From: a virus
Reading direction: 5' to 3' (one strand)
Length of the DNA stretch: 64,000 nucleotides
Virus record (IMG/VR): IMGVR_UViG_3300009068_000023
Shown: positions 1-8,237 of the stretch, piece by piece
How positions within the stretch are numbered: the stretch's first letter is position 1
How the letters are laid out: the number at the start of each line of letters is the position of its first letter
Position numbers and translations under genes: made by a program
Notes under the pieces: model-generated
Seen by the model: the letters and a program-made list of their open reading frames with translations, nothing else
Told to the model about the DNA's origin: nothing
Database searches by the model: none

Positions 1-525
1 CGTGTCGTCAAGGGCTTCTCGACTGCTAAAGGCTTGTATCGCGTTCTGTATGAGAACCGTAACTCGATTATCGTTTTCGATGACTGCGATAGCATTCTGA
101 AAGACGCTGATGCGCTTAACCTGCTCAAGGGTGCGCTTGACTCGTATGATCGTCGTATTATCTCGTGGAATACTTCGCGCATTGACGATCTTCCGCGCTT
201 CTTTCAGTTCAAGGGCGGTGTCGTATTCATCTCGAATATGCCGCAATCGAAGATCGATCAGGCTATTCGTTCGCGTTCGATGAACGTTGACTTGTCGATG
301 ACGACCGATCAGAAGATCGAACGCATGGAGACTCTCGTTAATGCTCCTAGCTTCCAGCCGGACATGCTGATGTCGGTTAAGCGTGATGCTCTTGACTTGA
401 TTAAGCAGAAGCGTGATAGTGCTCGTGAGATTAGCTTGCGTACGCTGTTGATGGTTGCGAAGATTCGCAGCTCGGGTAAGCCGGATTGGAAGAACCTGGC
501 GACTTATATGCTGGTTAACGGTTAA
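1..525 (+). CDS. AAA+/P-loop ATPase, 5'-truncated by the window edge
   Basis: Frame is open from base 1; Walker-B-like IIVFDDCD, followed by VVFISN and an AIRSR arginine-finger-like motif. Confidence 0.7.
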   Translation, partial: RVVKGFSTAKGLYRVLYENRNSIIVFDDCDSILKDADALNLLKGALDSYDRRIISWNTSRIDDLPRFFQFKGGVVFISNMPQSKIDQAIRSRSMNVDLSMTTDQKIERMETLVNAPSFQPDMLMSVKRDALDLIKQKRDSAREISLRTLLMVAKIRSSGKPDWKNLATYMLVNG

Positions 526-751
526 TATGAACAATCGATTAACTGCTTTAGTAAATTCTGCCACTAGAGCTACGGCAAACAAGCCAGAAACTATGCCAGC
601 TCTTTTGGCGCAGCTTATTATAGAAGACTGTATTAAGTTATGTAATATAGAGTCTGATAGTAATAAGGCATGGGAAATTGATATTGGCAGAATGATGGCT
701 GCTGCAGAAATTCAACTAAAAATAAAAAAGGCATATAAAGAAAATGATTAG
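525..751 (+). CDS. hypothetical protein
   Basis: Met-start portion of ORF 455..751, directly after the ATPase stop. Confidence 0.5.
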
Positions 752-1055
752 TGTACGTGAGGTTACTAGTTGGGATTGGAGTAATCATACCTATTTTCTT
801 AATGACTCACAAAATAAGCTTTTGGGTTATCAGGTAGATGGAGAAAAGCCAGTTACCTTTACTACTCCAATGGACTTCGATAAGCGAGGTCGTAAATTTG
901 AAGTTATTAAAGCTGATACAGAAAAGAATACTCGAATCATTCAAGGTTCAAAAGGTAGCGTTTATTATATTACTAATGTAAATGGCGTTGAACGATGTAC
1001 GTGTACTGGATTTAAGTATCACGGCAAATGCAAACATATTAAGGAGGCAGTATGA
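744..1055 (+). CDS. SWIM-type zinc-finger protein
   Basis: CTCTGFKYHGKCKH (CxC...CKH). Confidence 0.7.
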   Translation: MISVREVTSWDWSNHTYFLNDSQNKLLGYQVDGEKPVTFTTPMDFDKRGRKFEVIKADTEKNTRIIQGSKGSVYYITNVNGVERCTCTGFKYHGKCKHIKEAV

Positions 1056-1207
1056 GTAAGTCACCATTTGAAATTCGTCTAGAAATTTTCCGTCAAGCAT
1101 ATCATATTGTCTGGGAGAACTCGGAAAAGGACTCTTCTGCAGAAGAAGTTGTTGAAGCTTCTTTCGAACTAGCTGCCCGCATTAAAGCATTTGTGGATAA
1201 GAGCTAA
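1052..1207 (+). CDS. small hypothetical protein (not in ORF track)
   Basis: AGGAGG RBS; ATGA overlap with upstream gene; MSKSPFEIRLEIFRQA... Confidence 0.6.
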   Translation: MSKSPFEIRLEIFRQAYHIVWENSEKDSSAEEVVEASFELAARIKAFVDKS

Positions 1208-1300
1208 TTAGCATGTCTAACTATCGCTACTGGATGCATAATAGGTACCCTCGATTGCTAGAGTTTGTAGACCAGTTTACTTTTGTGGAATGGGTAGTGG

Positions 1301-1329
1301 TTGCTTTAATTTCCTACTCCCTGTATAAT
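1301..1329 (+). promoter_or_regulatory. sigma70-type promoter
   Basis: TTGCTT-17bp-TATAAT followed by AAGGAG RBS and a small ORF. Confidence 0.7.
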
Positions 1330-1535
1330 ATCTTTGTTAACTAAGGAGACACACACATGACAAAGCTTAACATCAACCTTCTCGTTGCAGACTTGATTGA
1401 CGCAGATAATGCAGATCTTCGTTATATTGCTAATCGTCTAGTAAATCGTAATCCTGAGCAAGCAACGCTGCTTGCTGACTACCTAAGCACATACATTCAA
1501 ATCTTTGACGTGAAGAACTCGCAGGAGGTTGCGTA

Positions 1536-2021
1536 ATGTTTACTCTTACTAAAGAAGAGCAAGAAAGCATTCATAATGGCATTTGTCGTCTTGAGAGCGC
1601 TATTCAAGAGCTTGAGGATGTCCTTTCGCCTCGCTTGATTGGTACTCTTCAAAAGGCCAAGCAGGGTATTGAAAAGGGCTTCAAAAACGTTCGTTTGCAG
1701 GAAGCCGAATGGTTCAATACTCAAATGGATGTATTTGATCATATTCGAAAGGCTAACGGTCTTTCTACTATCTGGTCTATTTTCGAAGTCGAGAATATCT
1801 ACGACGATTCTAAAATCCGAGGTACTACTTTGGTATTTGAGGGTTGGGAAAGCGATGTCGAAGTTCCCATTACTTGTAACCCGATTAATGGCGAAGTGTC
1901 TTGGATGCATTTATGGATGGCTGCCGATAAGGCTATTCAGGAATCTAACGATCATCATATCTTTATTGAGAAGTTCTTTCCGATGTCCGATGGCCGCGTT
2001 CGTCTGATTGCTGGGAGTTAA
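1536..2021 (+). CDS. hypothetical protein
   Basis: GGAGG RBS, 161 aa, collinear with neighbours. Confidence 0.7.
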   Translation: MFTLTKEEQESIHNGICRLESAIQELEDVLSPRLIGTLQKAKQGIEKGFKNVRLQEAEWFNTQMDVFDHIRKANGLSTIWSIFEVENIYDDSKIRGTTLVFEGWESDVEVPITCNPINGEVSWMHLWMAADKAIQESNDHHIFIEKFFPMSDGRVRLIAGS

Positions 2022-2199
2022 TATGAGTTATCATATGTTTTGGAAGGTTTATTATAATAGTAGATGGCACCACTTTCCTACTTGGAGTAAACTAACTAAG
2101 TTTTGTGAAGAGCGCAATATCGATAAAAGTCAAATAAAAGGTGCCTGACATATACAATGAGACGTTGAGTTATTATTCGTTATAGGTCATAATAGAGCT

Positions 2200-2505
2200 A
2201 TGTTATACGCCGATATTAAATTAGTTTACGGTTCCGTTACTCGGAAGTATTTCGAAGACCGAGCGAAGGGTTATGGAGATTTTGGTTATGTTAAATATCT
2301 TCTTCGCAAAGAGTTTGGAAAAGACTCCGAATTGCTTTCCATTGGTGCAATTCCTGACGAACGAGTTCACGGATGGGCACCTCCTAAGCCTATTTGCGGT
2401 TTTGAGTTCGCAAATATGAGGCATACTAAGTTTGCATTCGGTCGTACTAGTAAGAAGGTTATTGGTTTCGTACCTAAAGACGATGATTTCGACTCCGAAG
2501 ACTGA
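2200..2505 (+). CDS. hypothetical protein
   Basis: Preceded by TTGAGT-17-CATAAT promoter at 2165-2193. Confidence 0.6.
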   Translation: MLYADIKLVYGSVTRKYFEDRAKGYGDFGYVKYLLRKEFGKDSELLSIGAIPDERVHGWAPPKPICGFEFANMRHTKFAFGRTSKKVIGFVPKDDDFDSED

Positions 2506-2785
2506 TAAGCCAGGTTCTGGCGTTTGGAAGGGCTTTACTATGGGAATGGTAATAGCGTTCTCCATTGCATACCCTGCCGCCGCCAAGGCCGTTATTAACA
2601 CCATATTCGACACGACTCACTATTATGTTTCAAAGGTGATGAATAAAATTGTTGAATTTGATGAGCGTATTGTGCCTAAGAACATTACTGGGCGTCAAAT
2701 CGAAGCCAAGCCTAAAGTCAAGCAATTAGAACCTAAATCAGATCCATTTACAGTCAAATCAGTTCCCGAAGGAGAGAAGCCATAA
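2432..2785 (+). CDS. hypothetical membrane-anchored protein (true start probably about 2483)
   Basis: Hydrophobic segment GMVIAFSIAYPAAA. Confidence 0.5.
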   Translation: MHSVVLVRRLLVSYLKTMISTPKTDKPGSGVWKGFTMGMVIAFSIAYPAAAKAVINTIFDTTHYYVSKVMNKIVEFDERIVPKNITGRQIEAKPKVKQLEPKSDPFTVKSVPEGEKP

Positions 2786-2912
2786 TGTGGGGTTTAATTT
2801 TAGTAACGATGATGGTAGGTGATCCAGTTCCCAAGACATTATATACTCCATCGCGTTATAGTATTACGTATGATGATATTAACCGACAGCATATTGGATT
2901 CAAATACAAGCA

Positions 2913-3125
2913 ATGATTGCCTGGGTATACTATATTGTAGTAATGAATGCAAACCACTCAATTGATATTGAAGTGAAGTATTTTAATGAATATAGTCAAT
3001 GCGAGAAATACATGCACAGCAATCACAAAAAGCTCATCAAGCTCTACTATCAACCCGAGACACAGAAGATGGTTGGCGGTGGTTGTCGTCGCGAAGGCTT
3101 CAGGGTTCCCAGGAAGGGCGGTTGA
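2913..3125 (+). CDS. hypothetical protein
   Basis: 70-aa ORF; its TGA stop lies in the next -35 box. Confidence 0.55.
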   Translation: MIAWVYYIVVMNANHSIDIEVKYFNEYSQCEKYMHSNHKKLIKLYYQPETQKMVGGGCRREGFRVPRKGG

Positions 3126-3180
3126 CTTAATTCTCGTGCTGAGCTAAAATTAGTTCAACATTGAGAGAAGGAGACATGAG
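3122..3180 (+). promoter_or_regulatory. early promoter/leader cassette 1
   Basis: TTGACT-17-TAAAAT, then TAGTTCAACATTGAGAGAAGGAG. Confidence 0.85.
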
Positions 3181-3384
3181 ATGGCTAAGGTAACCGTATT
3201 TTATAAGACGACTCTCTATTACGAACAGGTCGTCGAAGTTCCCGATGAAAACATCGCAGGTGAATGGCCTAATCAAACTGTGGTTAACGCGTTTGATATG
3301 ATTGTTGAACAGTTCAACTATCTTAATGAAGTTGACTGCGAGTCTGACATCGAGAGCGTCGTTGTTCATGGGTTGACCTCTTGA
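3181..3384 (+). CDS. small acidic hypothetical protein
   Basis: Directly downstream of cassette 1 with AAGGAG RBS. Confidence 0.7.
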   Translation: MAKVTVFYKTTLYYEQVVEVPDENIAGEWPNQTVVNAFDMIVEQFNYLNEVDCESDIESVVVHGLTS

Positions 3385-3440
3385 CTTAATTTTCTCGCCA
3401 GACTATAATTAGTTCAACATTGAGAGAGAGGAGAAGCAAG
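3381..3440 (+). promoter_or_regulatory. early promoter/leader cassette 2
   Basis: TTGACT-17-TATAAT, then TAGTTCAACATTGAGAGAGAGGAG. Confidence 0.9.
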
Positions 3441-3647
3441 ATGAACACGAAAGAAGCACTGGCAATCATGGAACAGATCCAAGCGTTCCTGCAGCAGCAC
3501 GTCAACAAGGATGCTGACTTCATCCATGCGATGGAGTACACGCGAGACAACCTCGAGAGTTGTTATCAGGAAGAGAAGGAAGCGTATGCCCACCTGGTCG
3601 TGGAGATGCGCAAGATGTTCGCAGCAGTCGAGTCCATCAGGGCTTGA
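3441..3647 (+). CDS. small hypothetical protein
   Basis: ATG at 3441 after GAGGAG RBS. Confidence 0.7.
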   Translation: MNTKEALAIMEQIQAFLQQHVNKDADFIHAMEYTRDNLESCYQEEKEAYAHLVVEMRKMFAAVESIRA

Positions 3648-3704
3648 TTTTATTCTCACGCCAGCTTTTAATTAGTTTAACAAGATGAGAGAGGGGAATG
3701 CATA
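3644..3704 (+). promoter_or_regulatory. early promoter/leader cassette 3
   Basis: TTGATT-17-TTTAAT, then TAGTTTAACAAGATGAGAGAGGGG. Confidence 0.75.
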
Positions 3705-3944
3705 ATGAAAGTATCTGAACTGATTGAGCTGTTAGAAGGCTTCGATGCAGAAGCTGAAATCCATTTTACGTATGGATACAATGACTATTGGCGCACTCAG
3801 GTCGCGCCGGCTGTTCGTGATGTATTCGAGGGAGAGGTTGAGTATAGTGAATATCACAGAACGGACAAGCTGCTTGAAGCCTATGAAGGTCCTGAAGACG
3901 ATGACGACGACCGAGTAGTGAGGAAGGTTGTAGTTATTCAATAA
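3705..3944 (+). CDS. small acidic hypothetical protein
   Basis: MKVSELIELLE-type N-terminus common in phage early proteins. Confidence 0.7.
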   Translation: MKVSELIELLEGFDAEAEIHFTYGYNDYWRTQVAPAVRDVFEGEVEYSEYHRTDKLLEAYEGPEDDDDDRVVRKVVVIQ

Positions 3945-3952
3945 CGATTATA

Positions 3953-4031
<79 letters not shown>

Positions 4032-4046
4032 TTACATAGGACTAGA

Positions 4047-4262
4047 TTGGGACAGAGCAAACTAGGATCGTTATATGAATCCATCATCAATGTAGGGACT
4101 GGATTCCTTATATCGACAATATCCCAGATCCTGATCTTTCCATTCTTCAACATTCACATTGCATTAACCGATAATATTTTAATCGGTATAATCTTCACAA
4201 TCATAAGTATAATCAGAAGTTACGTCATCAGACGCATATTCAACTCATTGGAGAGCAAATGA
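4047..4262 (+). CDS. small two-TM membrane protein
   Basis: Two hydrophobic helices; S..ES..N...G and R.Y..RR.FN pattern typical of a common phage family. Confidence 0.65.
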   Translation: MGQSKLGSLYESIINVGTGFLISTISQILIFPFFNIHIALTDNILIGIIFTIISIIRSYVIRRIFNSLESK

Positions 4263-4339
4263 ATCAACGACAACAAGAGCAATTAGAATCGTACATGAAG
4301 CTCTATGACAAAGAGATCGCCATCATTCCATGGATTGTC

Positions 4340-4930
4340 TCAGTCATTGGATTGTTTTCGATTGCGGCGATTCTGCTCTCGTAGCCAGATAGCCTCCTGC
4401 ATTTTAACAACCGACCGCCCCCTCTTCCAGCCCGAAGGGATTGGCCAGCCGTTGAATCGTTTCTCTTCATCGGATAATACATTAACTATCCAGAACCAGC
4501 CCTTGGCGTTTTTATATTTGCGCATCACAGCCGATTGCCATTTACGCCGTTCTTCTGACATGGGCCCCCGACCAGTTTTCTTTTTACCTCTATTACTAAC
4601 ACCAATACGATAACGATGCAATGCAGATAATCCACCATGAGATGGATTCTTTAACTTCATTTGCATAGACTTAATAGGACGCTTAAAGCCTTTGGCAGTT
4701 CGTCGTATAAGAACATCAGAACGAAAAGTAAAAGAACCATACGTCCGTTCCCATATTGGCTTACGAGTAGCAATTAAATGCTTGTTAGATTGCTTCTCTA
4801 TTAACTCAATTAGATGTTCTTTAGTATTGTAATGCTTGAATATGTCTTTCTCATTCTTTATTACATGTATAATCTTAGAACGAGATCGTTTGTGTGTTAC
4901 TAAGAATATAGAATAAGATGTCGCTTTCAT
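4340..4930 (-). CDS. basic DNA-binding protein with NUMOD3-like repeats (homing-endonuclease-related)
   Basis: SALHRYRIGVSNRG, MSEERRKWQS and C-terminal W.....E.....IPSGWKRGR motifs; no clear GIY-YIG/HNH catalytic motif. Confidence 0.55.
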   Translation of the reverse strand: MKATSYSIFLVTHKRSRSKIIHVIKNEKDIFKHYNTKEHLIELIEKQSNKHLIATRKPIWERTYGSFTFRSDVLIRRTAKGFKRPIKSMQMKLKNPSHGGLSALHRYRIGVSNRGKKKTGRGPMSEERRKWQSAVMRKYKNAKGWFWIVNVLSDEEKRFNGWPIPSGWKRGRSVVKMQEAIWLREQNRRNRKQSND

Positions 4931-5092
4931 AGAGTATATACCGTAAAGATAATAAAACCATGCACTCACATGCATTCTGATTTATATATATCTTGGTTTA
5001 TTAGATATGAAAGAAAAGGTAAAAGGGGTAGAGAAGTCACCTCAGCAGCAATGGGGAGACAAAGGGATAGACATATTATCTCCACTGTGATT

Positions 5093-5156
5093 CGCTATGA
5101 AATACCGCTATGAATTCGCTGTATTCCCGCTATGAAACCGCTATGAAAACTCTATG
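5093..5156 (+). repeat. tandem CGCTATGAA repeats with about 11-bp period
   Basis: Copies at 5093, 5106, 5128, 5139; degenerate copies at 5117 and 5150. Confidence 0.85.
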
Positions 5157-5222
5157 CGTTGACATGCGCTACAATGTACAGCTAACCATTAGCGCATTCA
5201 GCTTTCGCGCGCATGATCTTCC

Positions 5223-5251
5223 ATTATGACTGATCTCTGAAATTAAATCAA
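5223..5251 (-). promoter_or_regulatory. leftward sigma70-type promoter of the cassette family
   Basis: Minus strand reads TTGATT-taatttcagagatcagt(17)-CATAAT. Confidence 0.7.
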
Positions 5252-5343
5252 CTCAGATCAGTAGCGCAATTTGTTTTAGGTGCTAGGGCTGTGGGCCACC
5301 CGCCCCGTCCATCCCGAGCGCTGCTCATCGAATCAGTAAGATC

Positions 5344-5372
5344 ATTGTACGCGTTTCCGGAAAAAAAGACCA
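5344..5372 (-). promoter_or_regulatory. leftward sigma70-type promoter of the cassette family
   Basis: Minus strand reads TGGTCT-ttttttccggaaacgcg(17)-TACAATGA, resembling the 7095 promoter. Confidence 0.55.
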
Positions 5373-5395
5373 GCACTTTTGGGGCGAGAAAGTTG

Positions 5396-5452
5396 TTGAC
5401 TTTATTTTCGCGGCAGGATATAATGAATCATCATGAGAGAGAGGAGAGAGAA
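5396..5452 (+). promoter_or_regulatory. early promoter/leader cassette 4
   Basis: TTGACT-17-TATAAT-GAATCATCATGAGAGAGAGGAG. Confidence 0.9.
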
Positions 5453-5668
5453 ATGAGCAATCAACGTGAGATGGTTCTTGACAGCCAGCTGGATGTTCTG
5501 GATAGCGCAATCATCGCCATCGGTCGTGCGATTGATGAACTGGATGAAGCTGATCGCTTTCCCGATCTGGATACCAAGGATGCGATCTTCAAGCTCGAAG
5601 CGATTCGTCAAGACCTGGAAGATCAGTACATGCTTATCGAAGACGAATTGCGTCAAATCGAGGCTTGA
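5453..5668 (+). CDS. small acidic coiled-coil hypothetical protein
   Basis: ATG after cassette 4; stop lies in the next -35 box. Confidence 0.75.
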   Translation: MSNQREMVLDSQLDVLDSAIIAIGRAIDELDEADRFPDLDTKDAIFKLEAIRQDLEDQYMLIEDELRQIEA

Positions 5669-5718
5669 CTTTATTTTCGCGTCAGGATATAATGAATCAT
5701 CATGAGAGAGAGGAGAGT
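5665..5718 (+). promoter_or_regulatory. early promoter/leader cassette 5
   Basis: About 50 bp identical to cassette 4 except one base. Confidence 0.9.
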
Positions 5719-5907
5719 ATGATGACGGAACTGAAACAAATCACGCTGGTGCTTAACGCCGATGAAGCCGAGTTCTTGGCGCAGGCGTTGGAGATTCACG
5801 CAGACAAGTACGCAGGCAGAATCTCGTTTGTTGAGGAGCTCGATCGCTACGTGCGTTCGACTCTGCAGACGAAGTTCGATCCGGCCTTTGCGGAGGACGT
5901 AGAATGA
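5719..5907 (+). CDS. small hypothetical protein
   Basis: ATG after cassette 5. Confidence 0.7.
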   Translation: MMTELKQITLVLNADEAEFLAQALEIHADKYAGRISFVEELDRYVRSTLQTKFDPAFAEDVE

Positions 5908-6056
5908 CTGAGCAACAGATTGAGCTGATCGTTGAGAAGTGGTTCGACCGCATCGACCGTCAGTATATGGGCAACGAGTTATCCTATCAAGACTACATGG
6001 CAGAGGTCGAGGCCGTGCGCCTCTGGGCTGATGCGAAGTATGCTGAGATGACGGCG

Positions 6057-6114
6057 TTGCATTAATTTCCTCAGGAAGCTACAATGAAGTACATTGTGAG
6101 AGAGGAGAAAGACG
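6057..6114 (+). promoter_or_regulatory. early promoter/leader cassette 6
   Basis: TTGCAT-17-TACAAT-GAAGTACATTGTGAGAGAGGAG. Confidence 0.85.
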
Positions 6115-6282
6115 ATGTACGATGCAGATGGATGGGATAGCTACGCCGCGTACGCTCATGAGCAGATGCTCGAGCTGATGTTCAAGGAGTCGGACGATTG
6201 CGTGGAGTTTGTCAACAAGTGGATCCAGGATCAGCTGGCCACTGCAGTTCCTACGGAAGTGTTTCAGGAGATTGGGCAATGA
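6115..6282 (+). CDS. small acidic hypothetical protein (not in ORF track)
   Basis: MYDADGWDSY...; follows cassette 6. Confidence 0.65.
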   Translation: MYDADGWDSYAAYAHEQMLELMFKESDDCVEFVNKWIQDQLATAVPTEVFQEIGQ

Positions 6283-6473
6283 GTGCAATGAGTGATCTGG
6301 ATATCGTCAAGCAAGAGGTCTTCGCGTTCTTGGATGACCTGCGGTTGAGCGGTGAGACCAACATGTACGGTGCAGCGCCGTACATAGTCGAGGTGTTTGG
6401 CGTGAACAAGGCTGAGGCGCGCGTCCTGTTGAGTGCATGGATGCAGACGTTCAGCGAGCGGCACGCAGCGTAA
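6279..6473 (+). CDS. small hypothetical protein
   Basis: FLDDLRLSGETNMYGAAPY motif; ATGA coupling. Confidence 0.7.
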   Translation: MSAMSDLDIVKQEVFAFLDDLRLSGETNMYGAAPYIVEVFGVNKAEARVLLSAWMQTFSERHAA

Positions 6474-6479
6474 GAACCG

Positions 6480-6660
6480 ACCAGGTGGTGTACGGCTGCC
6501 AAAGCCACCGGGTGACTATGAGCAGGGTCGAGCCTGGGACATGACCCAAAAACAGGCAACGATTTCCCCCGGTGGTCTCAGTTCCTCTCTCACTCCCCGC
6601 TGAGACCACCACCAACCTGTCGCCTGTGTGCGACCCCGGACCAGTAACCGGGACCTTTTC
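6480..6660 (+). ncRNA. putative structured RNA with an anti-leader (anti-SD) loop
   Basis: Perfect 11-bp stem 6571-6581/6600-6610 enclosing TTCCTCTCTCACTCCCCG; outer stems ACAGGC/GCCTGT and GGGTCG/CGACCC; no credible ORF. Confidence 0.6.
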
Positions 6661-6663
6661 TGG

Positions 6664-6722
6664 TTGTGTTTTTTTCCTGAAGATGTCATAATGAAGTACA
6701 TTGTGAGAGAGGAGTGAAAGAA
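6664..6722 (+). promoter_or_regulatory. early promoter/leader cassette 7
   Basis: TTGTGT-17-CATAAT-GAAGTACATTGTGAGAGAGGAG (leader identical to cassette 6). Confidence 0.8.
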
Positions 6723-7094
6723 ATGCAAGCAACCTACACCTTCGACGAAAACATCGTCAGCGATCTGCACAAGGATGCATACGGCTTCCGTCCGAGCCAG
6801 TCGTTCTGGGAATACTGGGACGAGGCCAACGACGACCGCAAGCAGCGGATCTGGGACAACCTGCTGGATGCCCTGGATCGTGAGATGGAGTTCCAGCGTC
6901 AGCGTGAAGCTGAGGCCGTGGTGATTTTCGATGAGATGCTCGATCGACTGTACCGAGCCGGTGCGAAGGACTTCACGATGGCGATCAAGTGGGCACATGA
7001 TGCGCACGAGACGAACGGTGACGATGAGTTCCTGGAGTATCATCTCGGTCTGCCGTACCGTCACATCCGCAAAGCTCGCGAGGCCACGAAGTAG
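6723..7094 (+). CDS. hypothetical protein
   Basis: SDLHKDAYGFRP motif seen in many phage early proteins. Confidence 0.75.
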   Translation: MQATYTFDENIVSDLHKDAYGFRPSQSFWEYWDEANDDRKQRIWDNLLDALDREMEFQRQREAEAVVIFDEMLDRLYRAGAKDFTMAIKWAHDAHETNGDDEFLEYHLGLPYRHIRKAREATK

Positions 7095-7107
7095 TGGCCT
7101 TTTTTTC
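7081..7107 (+). terminator. intrinsic terminator overlapping the -35 box of cassette 8
   Basis: AGGCCAC-gaagta-GTGGCCT followed by a T run. Confidence 0.7.
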
Positions 7108-7156
7108 GTGTGGCGCCGATAATGAATCATCAAGAGAGAGAAAGAGGAGTAGGGAA
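7095..7156 (+). promoter_or_regulatory. early promoter/leader cassette 8
   Basis: TGGCCT-17-GATAAT-GAATCATCAAGAGAGAGAAAGAGGAG. Confidence 0.65.
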
Positions 7157-7253
7157 ATGAAAGATCTGGCCATTGTTGCATTCTGCGTTGTTGGCGGATA
7201 CGTCCTGCATGACATGTACATTGTTTTCAGCAAGTTTTTCTGAGGAGAGAGAA

Positions 7254-7517
7254 ATGAGTCTAGAATGGGAATTGAGCTGTTACGGTGTTGCTGAGAAGCA
7301 TCTTGAAGAAACCTTCAAGTCGTCGTACGTGCAGATGATCGGTATCGACATGTACGTGGCAGGCATCATGAGTGACTGTCAGGAGATCCTGGAGCACTCT
7401 GATGACAAGGAGGCTGTCCGTCAGCTCCTGAATCAGGCGAAGTACTATCTGAGCCGTCGTTATGATGAGCAGCGTCAGGCTGCTGATGAAGACTTCCGTA
7501 AGCGGAGGGCCGCATGA
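7254..7517 (+). CDS. hypothetical protein
   Basis: GAGGAG RBS before MSLEWELSCYG. Confidence 0.7.
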   Translation: MSLEWELSCYGVAEKHLEETFKSSYVQMIGIDMYVAGIMSDCQEILEHSDDKEAVRQLLNQAKYYLSRRYDEQRQAADEDFRKRRAA

Positions 7518-7720
7518 TGGAGTATAGTGTCGAGTTATATGAGGACCCGGACCAGTGGTCCTTCTGGGAGGTGATCGAATGGGGCAATCCAGATCTCCGA
7601 GCCCCTGGAGAGCGACCCACGAAGACCGGCAAGGTTATTCATCGAGTCCGTGGTAATGACTGGGCTGCTGAAATGGCAGCACGTGAATGGCTGCACAATC
7701 ACAAAAAGGAAAAACAATGA
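7514..7720 (+). CDS. hypothetical protein
   Basis: GGAGG RBS, ATGA coupling. Confidence 0.65.
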   Translation: MMEYSVELYEDPDQWSFWEVIEWGNPDLRAPGERPTKTGKVIHRVRGNDWAAEMAAREWLHNHKKEKQ

Positions 7721-7927
7721 ATCCAGATAAGGTCGTAGCAGCAGCATTGTACTTTGTGGCCGGCTTCTTGCTTGCATACCTCGTACTATGATAGTCCTAC
7801 AGTACATCGTAACACTAGTTTGTGCCTTCTTGGTACCGATGTTCGTACTACGAGGTGACTCCTACCATGCCGTCATCTTCTTCATCCTGGCCACATTCAA
7901 CCTAGTCATGATACTGGACCGCCGCAC

Positions 7928-8032
7928 ATGAGGCACTATTGTACACTAGTACTGATTTTAGGTCTAGCCGGTTGTGCCGCATGTGTTGTCCCGGATGGTC
8001 AGCCCTGCCGGGTGGTGGTGTACAGGTACTAG
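7928..8032 (+). CDS. tiny lipoprotein (34 aa, not in ORF track)
   Basis: MRHYCTLVLILGLAGC... LAGC lipobox; ATGA-coupled to upstream small TM ORF 7788..7931. Confidence 0.5.
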   Translation: MRHYCTLVLILGLAGCAACVVPDGQPCRVVVYRY

Positions 8033-8237
8033 AAACCCGGGAGTTAAATTCCGGTTTTAGGATCACACATGGTACCTGGGATATACACGCAAAGTATATT
8101 TTTAAGAAACCCCAGTTCCTAGAAACTTCCCTGGTTCAAAACCAAAATCCCGGGGAAAATCGCGCGCGCAAAAATCAGGGGAACTTGGTTTTTCGGTCCG
8201 AATACTATATACTATATCTCCTACATCGGGCTATAGA

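Noticed and set aside
4340-4975. Active homing endonuclease or mobile element
   Set aside because: Only NUMOD3-like DNA-binding motifs are recognisable; no GIY-YIG, HNH or LAGLIDADG catalytic motif was seen.
5291-5452. N-terminal extensions of ORFs 5291..5668 and 5665..5907 (LTLFSRQDIMNHHERE)
   Set aside because: The shared peptide is just the translated promoter/leader repeat; true starts are 5453 and 5719.
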